From NCBI GenBank assembly GCA_049999805.1, contig JBNGIO010006317.1, forward strand, positions 127,315 through 191,314: DNA of 64,000 nucleotides, written 5' to 3'. The position numbers and the translations under genes are program-made. The stretch is from Folioceros fuciformis. Lineage: Eukaryota. A model generated the notes under the pieces. It made no database searches. It was not told the origin of the DNA and saw only the letters and a list, made by a program, of their open reading frames with translations. Position 1 is the stretch's first letter. Each line of letters opens with the position of its first letter. Of this stretch, positions 10,650 to 21,216 are shown one piece after another.

Positions 10650-12467
10650 TCAGGTCCATTGAGCGACAAGTACTTTGAACCATTTGCCAGGGAAGACCTC
10701 TTGATCTACCACCCTCACTGTATCATTCACCTTCTCAAAGAGAGTAGCCAGGTCTTGGACACCAAGGGCAGTTAAATCTAGATGTCTTGAGAATTTTGCG
10801 TGATACACATCTAGAAAGCCAGGTACTAGGAGCTTTAAGTTATGGCTTACAAGAAGCTCTTGTAGCTCCATTTTGAAAAACTGAAGTCTAACGTTGAGAG
10901 CGTGCTCCTTCGCCCTCATCGCTACTAGCAACTGCTCTCCGTTCTCCACCTCGTAATTCACTCTCAGAGAACCTGAACCGAAGTCAGGCAGAGTAGGTTT
11001 CCTTGTCTGCGGTGCATCCCGTGCTGTGCCTTGAAAATCCTTCACGCCGCCCTCACTTGCTGCGCGCACATCCTCGGGCACACTTGCCATCCTGTCATCA
11101 AGATCTCTTACATTCCTATCTGCCGTATCTCGTGTATTCCCACCATCAACATCTCTTTCATTCCTATGATCAACATCTCCTGCACTCCTATCAACATCCC
11201 GTGCATTCCTATCACCATCTCTTGAAGACCTTTCATCCACATCTTTTGCTGCATTTGCTAAAGCGGCCCGAATCGGTTCTAAGTCCAGTTCTTCATTTAA
11301 CCCAGCATTCAGACACTCTGAACTAGCTTCAGATTCCAAGACTGTATTTCCTCGATCACTCGTGGTTCCGTCCTGATGCCGCCCCTTCACTCGATACACA
11401 GTTCTGCTCTGATGCCGCCCCTCCACTCGTACAACGTCCGACATCTTCCCCAGCAGGCCAGCCAGGCTAGCGCTGTTATAATCGTCCAGAAGCAGTTTTC
11501 TTCTGAAGACCTTCAAATAAGCCCCAGGGACGTTAGGAAATGCGAGCTTCCCACCATGCAGATCCAGAAGCTTTTGTAGTTCAACTTTCAGGACCTCAAT
11601 ATCTCCTGGCTCACTCTTGGCAGCAGAAGGTCCTGACTCTTGGCCTTCTTCCTGACTCGTAGTGGAAGAGACAAAATCACCCCCAGCGGTTGGTGTCTTC
11701 CTTCCGCACGGCACCAGCGGCTCAGCATCAACCAAGGAGACCGACGTCGTACAGGACCTCATGTCACTGACGGTGACTTCTGGACAGAAACCCGTTTCCG
11801 TCATGGTTACAGGATCCACATCCTCAGCAGCCTCATCGATCATGACTCCTATGTGCCTGCACCCGATTTTCACCTTCTCCTCTCGAGGGACATTCACAGG
11901 CAATGCAACAGGACGTCCTTTTGCAAGCATGGGCCAGGCAAAAACACACTCAGCCGCTTGGTTAAGGGGAGCTGGAAGGGATCCTAAGGGTGCGGCCACA
12001 AGCACCCGGTATCCCCTGTGCTTCAACTTGTGCAGCGCATGAGCAAAATCAGAATCCCCTGATATCAAGAGGATGGTTGCGGGAGGTGGGTTGTCCATAG
12101 CGAACAGGAACATATCAGACAGAATAGCCTTGTCAGCAGCATCCTTCCTCCCCGTCGGAACATCAATGAGATTCACACCAGTTCGCTGATATCCCTCTCT
12201 GTTCCTGTAGGACATGCGGGCAGTGTCACCATAAGCTGAGAACGTAGTCACAGGACCCAGTACAGACTGCAAGTGCAAGGCGTTCAAAATGTTCGTAGCC
12301 ACAACCCCAGGAAGCACATCACTCGGAACGCGACAATTTTCGATGTCCCACAGGATGGCCACTGGCTCTGCGAGCTCATGATGAGGTCGGGGCAGAGGTG
12401 TAGGAAACTGTTGGATCACTCGGGGCTCCATGGTGATCTGCCTGTAACGGGGCCCATGAAGTGCCAT
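10650..12467 (-). CDS. NYN-domain ribonuclease with two LOTUS/OST-HTH domains (MARF1/limkain-like)
   Basis: Intronless 605-aa ORF. NYN motifs AILWDIENC, FSAYGD, GRKDAADKAIL, LLISGDSDF. Two OST-HTH-like segments: ELQKLL...YLKVFRRKL...LAGLLGKM and ELQELL...YHAKFSRHLDL...LATLFEKV. Confidence 0.9.
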   Translation of the reverse strand: MALHGPRYRQITMEPRVIQQFPTPLPRPHHELAEPVAILWDIENCRVPSDVLPGVVATNILNALHLQSVLGPVTTFSAYGDTARMSYRNREGYQRTGVNLIDVPTGRKDAADKAILSDMFLFAMDNPPPATILLISGDSDFAHALHKLKHRGYRVLVAAPLGSLPAPLNQAAECVFAWPMLAKGRPVALPVNVPREEKVKIGCRHIGVMIDEAAEDVDPVTMTETGFCPEVTVSDMRSCTTSVSLVDAEPLVPCGRKTPTAGGDFVSSTTSQEEGQESGPSAAKSEPGDIEVLKVELQKLLDLHGGKLAFPNVPGAYLKVFRRKLLLDDYNSASLAGLLGKMSDVVRVEGRHQSRTVYRVKGRHQDGTTSDRGNTVLESEASSECLNAGLNEELDLEPIRAALANAAKDVDERSSRDGDRNARDVDRSAGDVDHRNERDVDGGNTRDTADRNVRDLDDRMASVPEDVRAASEGGVKDFQGTARDAPQTRKPTLPDFGSGSLRVNYEVENGEQLLVAMRAKEHALNVRLQFFKMELQELLVSHNLKLLVPGFLDVYHAKFSRHLDLTALGVQDLATLFEKVNDTVRVVDQEVFPGKWFKVLVAQWT

Positions 12468-13139
12468 GTCCTCTATAGCTAGAATTCAATACCTCAAGCT
12501 ATTTCCAAGAGCCCTGGCCCCTTAAAGCATCACGCGAAAAATATAACTCTGCTCTCCGCAAGGATACTTACACAATTCACAAGGAAGCAGCTCAGAATCA
12601 ACCACGTGGCTTGCAGGACACCCTATTTGCGACACCACCACAGCTGCATCAAGTTGCTCTTATCTCCAAATTTGCAGCCCTCCAGTCCAGAGAATTCCCC
12701 TGCACTGTCGCCGACACTACCACCCTCATTCACCTCCCGACACCGGGGCTGCGGAGTCAACTCGGAACATCCTGAAGGCAGCTCACAGGTCCCATTATAC
12801 CATCGCCCACCATCCCGTGGCTTCTACCAGGCTTCCTCTCCTCTCAATGCTACAGTCCACGATACGAGAGTGGAGATCGCTCCTGATGACACTGCACAGC
12901 CAGAATCCGAACCCCTGCGACTGTTGACGCGTCCCTTTGCCACAAGTGGCAGGTGAAACCAAGGACGCTTGACGAAATGCTCGTCTGTAAATCCAAAGCG
13001 TGGAGTACTGGATTTTTGAATGTTGAAAACCAAGGGGATTCCGATACTGTCACGCGATGCCCAGGGCCCGAGTGACAAGCCTACACCTGGGCACTCCTAC
13101 CTGCCTTTGAAAAAAGGCAGACTTCGCCCGTTGGCCGGG

Positions 13140-13177
13140 AAGGCAAGGCAAGGCAAGGCAAGGCAAGGCAAGGCAAG
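13140..13177. repeat. (AAGGC)n pentanucleotide microsatellite in the divergent intergenic region
   Basis: About 7 copies of aggca. Confidence 0.9.
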
Positions 13178-13845
13178 GGAAGATAGATCGACAGCGCCTC
13201 GCCCTACGCTGCGGAAGATATCTCCAGTCCGTGGCAACGCACGTGCCGGCGCTGCGAATGGTACGTGGGGCGACACTCTGGTGGGTGGCGATGTCGGAAG
13301 TTTTCGGGAACCCCGTTTTGCGGTTGAGGGGGCAGCTGTGGCCAGGCAGAGCTTAGGATGCTGGACGAGACTGGTGTGTTCGGAGGGACCGGGTTTGGTG
13401 CATTTCTGCGTTGTGGGTGGTGATCTGGATGGACGATGTGGTTGTGGGCACTAGACATGGCACGATTCTGCCTGCGGTTATGAGGGGAAAAGTGGCGTTG
13501 AGGTGACGGGTTCCATGTCCGGCTTATGGGTGTCCATTGCCCTTGAGGATTTAGCTGTCTTAGGAATCTGGAGATTCGCGGGCCCTGGCAGTGGCTGCAT
13601 CGTGGGTATCGGAGTGCCGTCTAAGGGCCGTGTTTCCAAGCTAGGAGGACATATGTTTCGGAAAATGCACTGGATGCCGAAGTGGTTCTGACTTGTGGTG
13701 TTAGGTAGTGGTGTGTGGCGGAATTCAGATTTGATGCAGTGCTTCGGTGTTCGTCCCAGTAGTTGTCGAGGGCGTGAGCAGGAGGATTTCAGCACACATT
13801 GGTTGTGTTATGTGATTGTGATCCACCCTCTGGCCCTACAGGGCA

Positions 13846-15343
13846 ATGGGGTCCTTGGATGAGTTAGGGGACCATGGAGACTACCTGGAAGCACAACTGC
13901 TCACAGATCCTGTGTCTCAGCCTGAGGATACCAGTGGATCGGACACGGGTAGAGTTTTATACAGGGCTTCGTTCGAGGATCTCGAGCGCAGTCATATGAA
14001 TTATGACACGATTCAGTGGTTCCTCATATCGTTGGTACTTATTCTAGCTTATGGGGTTGGATTGCTTATGATTTTATATATACCTGTGAGGCGGTATGTG
14101 ATGAGGAAGGATATCAGGTCCCGGAAGCTCTATGTAACATCTACTGCTGTGGTTTACCAGGTTGGATCACTGGGCATAAAACTTGTGTGAAAAGGAATGG
14201 AAGCCAATCTTTAGGGCAGTTCAGAGAGCAGAAAGCAGTCCAAATGTTTGCTGCCCACTCTGTTGGTTGTGCATTGGGGTATAGAAATTGATGGCAACTG
14301 CACGTGGTGGGTCGCAGGTGGAACGTCCTATATTTCTACCTTGTTTTGGCGTGTATAAGAGGGAAAAGCATGTTCTTCTACATCTAGTCAGTGACATCGT
14401 CATTGAGCAAGGTTTGGAAATGTGTGGAGTAGCCGCTGAAGTCTGATGCTGTTCAAATGTGTAGGAGGACAGACAGGAGTACGGGCATGGGTTTCTGACT
14501 TGTATGCAGGACTTATTAAGCTTGTGCTATATGATCCTGCAGGCTGTCTACAGTCTTACTTTGGCATCTCAGCTGTCCGCATTGAGAGCGTTGGTCACAA
14601 CAGGGCCGGGCCAGATGAAGTTCGAATACAGGGAATATCAAATCCCAAACTATTTAGGCAGGTGTGAGTCGGATTCGCTACTCCCGGCCCAATCCGCTTC
14701 CGATTCGGTGTTGCTCTTCTCACATTCTCCCTTGACTTGTTGGAAATGGTAGGTGGTGCTGATGACAGCAGCCAGTTTAAGGCAACAACGAGGGAATGCC
14801 TTCGTTGATGGCTCGAACGAGGATGAGATGATTCAGGTGGAGGACTTGCAGCCACGAAACCCTCAACCACCTCGGGAGTCACGAGTGTGGGCCTGGCAGC
14901 CGGCCACAGCAGGAGTGACTTCATGGCAGGTCAGGTGTCGTCTCAAGGTGTGCGATATCTGTGTGGCTCGTAGAAGTGCCTGACAGGTTCTGGAATGTGA
15001 TGCATTTGTAACATTTGCATATGGGCTGCGCAGCCAGGGTATTCGAAGCTCAGCGGTGGGCAGATTGAATCAGGGTCATCTACTTCCAGTCCCAGAGATA
15101 CAGTTTACAGAAAGTTGGAAGAGGTCGAGAAGTCCCTGAAGGTACGTAAGGGTCTTCACTGGGCTGTCATCATCGTTAGGGTGAGCTGGCCTTCTCGATC
15201 CTGAACCTTGTTGCGGGATGCAGAGGCTCGAGAGTCTGCTCGCCACAAGGCCGTTCCCAGCTGAGCATTCCACCCCGCTTCTCCAACTTCAGGCTCAATC
15301 TCAAAATGCTGAACCACAGGGGGCAACCACTCTGGAAAGCTAA
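13846..15343 (+). CDS. Conserved plant membrane protein with bacterial-PH-like domain and C-terminal coiled coil (about 6 exons)
   Basis: Spliced model: VLYRASFEDL...WFLISLVLILAYGVGLLMILYIPVRRYVMRKDIRSRKLYVT...Q|VERPIFLPCFGVYKREKHVLL..VSDIVIEQ|GCLQSYFGI..VRIES...EVRIQGISNPKLFRQ|VVL...RKLEEVEKSLK|RLESLL...TAA at 15341-15343. Confidence 0.75.
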
Positions 15344-17282
15344 GAAACGCCAAGATCTTCTTCTGTAGAATTTCGTGATCCAAGGAGTTAGTTATATATT
15401 AATCACCCGCCACCTGCTTTCAAGCTGCTCGTGGTGTATACATACAATATTCGAGAGGAGCACGACGTTGCTACAGGTGACTACTTGCGCGTTTCACCCT
15501 AACCGTCAGCCCACAGTGTGAGATGCCTGCTAGTCTGTCCTTAGGAGCAAGCCCACGGCATGGGGCAAAGCCCGGACGCCTCGTTCGGTTTCTTGATTGA
15601 TGAGGAAAAGAATGCACCGGGACAACCTGGGGATGGCCTTGTCCAGTATGTCACAAGTATCGTACTTTCAGGAGACGCGACCATCAATCTATTGTCGGTG
15701 CGCGTGTCTTGCAACAACAGCATCTAGGCGCTTGTCACGTAGCCAGATTAGGTCAGACCTCCAAGCCTGGCCCCCTGTTCTGTCAGTGCCAGGTGGAAGA
15801 GCACTTGTACAAGATCTGGAGGAGGCAGACAAAAAGATGAAAGCTCCTTTACCTCTAAAGACCACTGAATCTAAACACAGGTGAAAATCCCTGTTTTATC
15901 GACTTTCTCGCACGGCTGCCGGACACTCCCTCGCGCAATCCAGATTGCGCCCCGTCTGGGTCATGACCCCCACGCGTACATGTCTTGTCTGATCGCTGTA
16001 CTTGGAGAGGGGATCATCTTGGGGGGAGGAACAAGCGAGCATGATGGTCCCAACGTATCCCAACCGGCGGGCCGCCCCCCCTCCACAGCCTCTTTGTCCA
16101 ACACGGTGCCAGCGCCAGCACCAAAAGAGAGAGCTTCCGAAATTAGGGTTTCATGCGGAGCACATCAATGTCATAGCCGCCGTCCCGTACTTCATGGAGT
16201 GGAGCAAAGGTCGCCACTCAACATGACTCAATCGTGGCCGGAACACCCTGGCATTCCACGATCCCAAACCCTAAGCCATGGCATTCCACGATCACGGGCA
16301 AAATGGCCGAGGGAGGCCTTTTGTCGACATGCATCCCCAGATCGGGCCCATTGCCGCCGATAGGAAACGAAAGAGAACAGTGACCATGGATGGCCAATGC
16401 AGAGCGGGTAACTAGGGAGGGTTTTGGCGCTGCGTAGGGAGGGTTTTGGCGCTGCGCAAGGGGATAGTGGAAAAGAGCAGTTGTGCGTTTGAAGCCGTGT
16501 TGTCCAGGTGCAACCATATGCAGGCAAATGCCTGAGGCGGTGGAGGATGGAGAGGAAGCAAACCTTGCACCTTGTCACTCGACCTGGCGGCCTGGTCTGG
16601 CCTTTGCAACCAGAGGCACAGTGCGGGGACGGGAAGATGTGAGTCACATGTGTGCGAGACGATTCGAGAACGGGTGCGGGTGCGCACACAACCAAACGCG
16701 AATGCGCGTTCCAGCTCCAGCTGCCGCGCTGCAGCAGATCGCGTTCCAGCGCAGACGTAGAGGCGCCGGAAAGCTGTGTGCCGGCGGGCAGGCGATAGCG
16801 CTCGCCACCGCCAGGGTTGTGTCTGGTACGAACGCATGTACTTACTTACAAACGGTGGGACGGCGACCTGGTCCACAGCACGTTGTGGGTAGAACCGGGA
16901 CGGGGTGCCATCAGAAGCACATGCAGGGGAAGGGGCAAGGTAAGTTGAAGGGTTCCTGCTCACCACGCTTTCCACCGCTCTCGGTTCAGCATCTCCCTCT
17001 GGAGGGCAGTGTCAGGCCGGGTAAAGACGCAACTTTAAGAAGCCGATTCACCGCGTCTCTCACTGGGTGTATTGGCTGGATCTGCGTTGGGAGCTCCGAT
17101 TTTGGTACGTAAACAACACGTGAGGCTTCTCAAGCTTGGTACAGCGATGGAGAGCTGGAATCCCAAGGAAGGCACTTGTCACTTCCGCGTCTGTCCCGCG
17201 CGCGTGCCTACAAAACGTCGAGCCGCCTGGTCGGGACGTCTGGAATGGAGGCTCGTCTCGGTAGTGGGTGACACGCTCGGAC

Positions 17283-18200
17283 ATGGTGGAGAAGGTGTAT
17301 TCTCCTCGGCAGCGGTCTACGTCGTTCGGGAGCTGCAGGTGCAGCCATCCACCGCCCACCAAGCTGCGGCGGGTGGGCGATCGGGACGGGCCGACGGCGC
17401 TGCCGTGCGGCTATGACGGCCCGGCTGATTCCGAGGAGCTGAAGGAGGAGGTGGTGGAGGAGGAAGTGTTAGAGGAGGAGCAACCGAAACAGGAACAGGA
17501 GGGTGCAACGGGATCGGGATCGGGATCGGCATCAGTGTCAGGATCAGGATCGGGGGTAACGGAAGGGGCTGGGAGGGAACGGAGGCGGGCGCGGCCGACG
17601 GCAGCAGATGCGGAGACGAGGCATCCGGTGTACCGGGGAGTGCGAAGGAGGAGCTGGGGGAAATGGGTTTCGGAAATTCGAGAGCCCAGGAAGAAGTCGA
17701 GGATTTGGCTGGGTTCATTCACCAACCCGGAGATGGCCGCGCGGGCGTACGACGTGGCCGCCCATTGCCTCAAGGGCCCGGAGGCCGTGCTCAATTTCCC
17801 AGAATGCCGCACATCTCTCCCTTGCCCGGCCTCCATGTCGCCCAAATCCATCCAGGCCACAGCGGCCCGGTACGCGTCGGATTCGGGAACGCTGCACCGT
17901 GATGGGCGGAGGGCCGGCGAGGGAGATTCTGGAGGTGGCTCGAGTCGCTTGCAGGAAGAGGAATCCGCCGGCGCATCGGGCTCCCAGGAAACACAATCAG
18001 AGCAAAAGGAGGTCCTGGATTGGCAGCCGCAGCCCTGCCCGGAGTACTTGGACGAGGACTCCATTTTCGACATGCATAATGTGCTCAAAGGAATGGCCCA
18101 GGCGATGCTGCTGGATCACAGCTGCCCGCTTTCCTACGACGAGGCATGCCTTGACGACGACGATGACGACGCTGCCTGGGATCCCGGCTTGTGGGACTGA
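17283..18200 (+). CDS. AP2/ERF transcription factor, DREB subfamily (TINY/A-4-like)
   Basis: [60 protein letters not shown] with DREB V14/E19. Also [22 protein letters not shown] and a terminal LWD. Confidence 0.95.
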   Translation: MVEKVYSPRQRSTSFGSCRCSHPPPTKLRRVGDRDGPTALPCGYDGPADSEELKEEVVEEEVLEEEQPKQEQEGATGSGSGSASVSGSGSGVTEGAGRERRRARPTAADAETRHPVYRGVRRRSWGKWVSEIREPRKKSRIWLGSFTNPEMAARAYDVAAHCLKGPEAVLNFPECRTSLPCPASMSPKSIQATAARYASDSGTLHRDGRRAGEGDSGGGSSRLQEEESAGASGSQETQSEQKEVLDWQPQPCPEYLDEDSIFDMHNVLKGMAQAMLLDHSCPLSYDEACLDDDDDDAAWDPGLWD

Positions 18201-18984
18201 AAACTGCCTTCCCCTTCACCAATGCGTCTACAATTCTAACCAGTTTCTTCCATCTCTTCATTTCTTTGAGCTCCGGGAAGGAGATTGCTGCATTGCGATT
18301 CCACCGCAATGCATGTGCAATGCCAGGAAATTTGGCCATGCGTTTCTTTTGGTGTCCAGCGACGTAGGCTGATCGATTATTGCGCGAGCATGTGGTTGGT
18401 ATGGACCTGAAGAGTAGGAGACACTCGGCTGGACGATCCGGTGTGGGTATCACACCCAATTAAGCCTCCCTATTCATTTTGCGTAGCGTTGTCCGCAATC
18501 TATGTAAGAAAGGAGTTTTGTAATCGCAAGTGAATTTCTTCTAATATCAAAAGGTTGGTGTGTCTGGATGCCAACCACCGCTTGCGCAATGTCGGACAGC
18601 AGCCACGAAAGCATTGCCGGAAGCTGGAAACCAAAATATGGTCTTTACGTAGTGCTGCAGCTGCCAAATATTCCTGCAACCCTTCCCGCATTCGCTCATA
18701 TGGCATAATGGCACACGCTTGATTCTCACAATCCATGCACCCAGAATTTGTTGATATTTGGAAAGTCTGCCCACTCGCTCCGAGCCCTGCAGAAGCAACC
18801 ACAGGAGAGCTCAGACAGAGGGGGTTCTGACAATGCTGTATACAACGAATCGGATCAAGTGTTGACCACGAGACGTACACTACGGGATAGAGAAGAGACC
18901 AATAGCTCCCTGACAGTGGACATCCAACTCGTTGAATAACGCCAAAATACACTACTCGGGCACACAAAAGTAATCTCCGTGAAT

Positions 18985-19492
18985 GGAGCAGAGACATCCT
19001 GGTTACGTCCACATGGGACGGCTAGCGGTCAAAGATTGGTCCTCTGTTTCGTCACGTCCAGTTGGGACCCAGCTGCTTCAATGTCATTTACATTGTCAGT
19101 CCCAACAGCAACACGTTTAGAACTGAGCAGAAATGGATCAGAAACACCCTCGTAAGGTCCACACACGAGTGTCAGCGACGAGTAGTACAATTTTTATTTC
19201 ATCAAGTCCAGTTCGCGCCTCAGGGCTTCCTTGTGATGCTACACCCGTCACTCCACATACCATCCCCTGGAAGAGCTGATCAGAAATGGATCAGGAACAG
19301 CCTCATGAGGTCCGCATGAAAAGTTTCAGTGGGAAGTCAATAGTTTTCTGTATCGTCAAGTCCAGTTGGGGCCCAGCTGCTTCACTATTATCCTACACAG
19401 TCAGTGCACACACCATCACCAGGTAGATCTGAGCAGAAATGGTGACGAAGCGGATCCGAAACAGCCTCATCATGTCCACATCCCCTCCCTGT
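18985..19492. repeat. Degenerate ~152-bp tandem repeat (3 copies plus partial)
   Basis: gtccagttggg.cccagctgcttca-like blocks at about 19057, 19206 and 19360. cagaaatggatcag.aaca.cctc...gtcc.ca-like blocks at about 19128, 19281 and 19434. Confidence 0.75.
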
Positions 19493-19946
19493 TCAGTGGA
19501 CCTGTTCAGTGGAAAGTCCATATAACTTGTTTCATCACCTCCACTTGCTATCCACCACTGAAACAGCCTAACTTGCCTGCTACTACTCTAGTGAACAAGG
19601 TGCATCAAGGAGATCAAAAGAAGCAAACCCTAATCACCGAATCTGAGACACCATAACACGCAATCGTCTTTAAATCACCAAACCGTGTACCCAGCACGCC
19701 ATGAATTCGAACGGAAACAACCCGCCAAATCACATTCCTAAATTTCTCTGGCTGACTTTCCACGCAACCAGCAGAATAATTCACGACAAGAAACAAAATG
19801 TTCCCGACGCCTCAGCCTATTGACCATGAAACTCCTAACCACGGTCCACAGCTCCGACCGTGCTCTTTCAGGTCGCCAATTAAGAAAAGGACTTCTTCCG
19901 TCCATAGCCCTAGCCCCTCGCAACGGCTAGTATACTAGAACCCGCA

Positions 19947-20144
19947 TCACCGGAGCCTTCTTGCCTCCCTCTCCGACTCCAGCAGAGTCAGAATGTCACC
20001 CTCTCGTACCGGCCCCTTCACGTTCCTCATGATCAGCCGGTTTTGGTCATCCAGAAACTTGACCCGCACCTGGGTGACCTGTCCCCTGGAACCCGTGCGC
20101 CCAATCACCTTAACCACGACCGCCAACTTCACAGATGAGTCCAT
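19947..20144 (-). CDS. RPS28: 40S ribosomal protein S28, second copy
   Basis: Protein identical to the 9484..9681 copy. Confidence 0.98.
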   Translation of the reverse strand: MDSSVKLAVVVKVIGRTGSRGQVTQVRVKFLDDQNRLIMRNVKGPVREGDILTLLESEREARRLR

Positions 20145-21216
20145 GGCTTACCAACTCCAGCACCTGATCCAACATCCAAACACAACAAGGGGATCCAGTT
20201 ACGACGCCAGCAAAACTCCTCATCTAGAAACACTGCGAAAATTTCACGCAAGGGACTCACCAGCGGCAGGAATGTGATGCAGCGGGCGGGAGACTGAATC
20301 ACGATTCACTGAGCACTGTCTCAGAGACGGCCTGAAACACGGCCTTTCACTGACTTAGCCGCGGAAACCCTACCCGGCCGGGAGAGGAGGCGACAACGTT
20401 TGACAGTCCGGCAGCAGATAGTGATTCCTCGACACCGCTACATATGTATATGTCTGTACATACATACATCTGTAGTCCATAAACACAGAAGATGCTAAAC
20501 GAGGCGAATAAATAAACAATCATCTTCATACGAGGGCGATCAAATAAATAAGACCACAAATAGGAGTCGTTGTCTGGATAGTGTGTACTTGGTGATCTCG
20601 CTCCTTAGAGCCCGTGGGGTTTGGATCGGTCCATAAGTACACGACCTTTTCACGTACGCCGCACGCATGCCGCCTGTCAGCCTAGCATATTTTACCGAAG
20701 ACCATATGAGCCTCAAAATTTCCTGCCAACGAACGCAGCCTTCTCGTTCCGGAGATCCACATCGTGGTCCATCCAGACTCGGGATTTCTCAAGCTCTTAG
20801 ATGAAGTACCTGCCTCTGAGAGTTCACCCACACTTGTTGTTCAGCTGTCTCATGAATCCCTGTCTAGACCTTGTGTCTGGAAGTTTTGTCTCTATCTTGG
20901 GCGTTTCATAATATCCTCATCTTGTTAGGAGCTTGTGTCCGGACGTTTTGTTTCGGTCTTGGGCATCTCATGAAATCCTCCCCTTGGCAGGGCCTTGTGT
21001 CCTGGCTGCGGAGCAGTGGTGGAGTGAACACTTCACAACTAGAGACCTACTTCCAAAGGCGAGCTTTGTGATGCATCCTGCCAGTCTACATAAAAAATAC
21101 TATGGCAGAGAGTATCTGCTGGCGTCCTGCAGTCATGAGATGGGTTCAGATAGGTCAGGTTCAAGAAGTGAAGGCACAGGTTGTTCCAAAATCGTGGTCC
21201 AAGAACTTTTAGGTGG

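Noticed and set aside
16140-16280. AAACCCTAA as telomerase RNA template or interstitial telomere
   Set aside because: Single copies in both orientations and no USE/TATA Pol III promoter seen; better explained as telo-boxes.
18985-19492. Repeat-spacer pattern resembling a CRISPR array
   Set aside because: Eukaryotic context, degenerate ~152-bp units and no cas genes.
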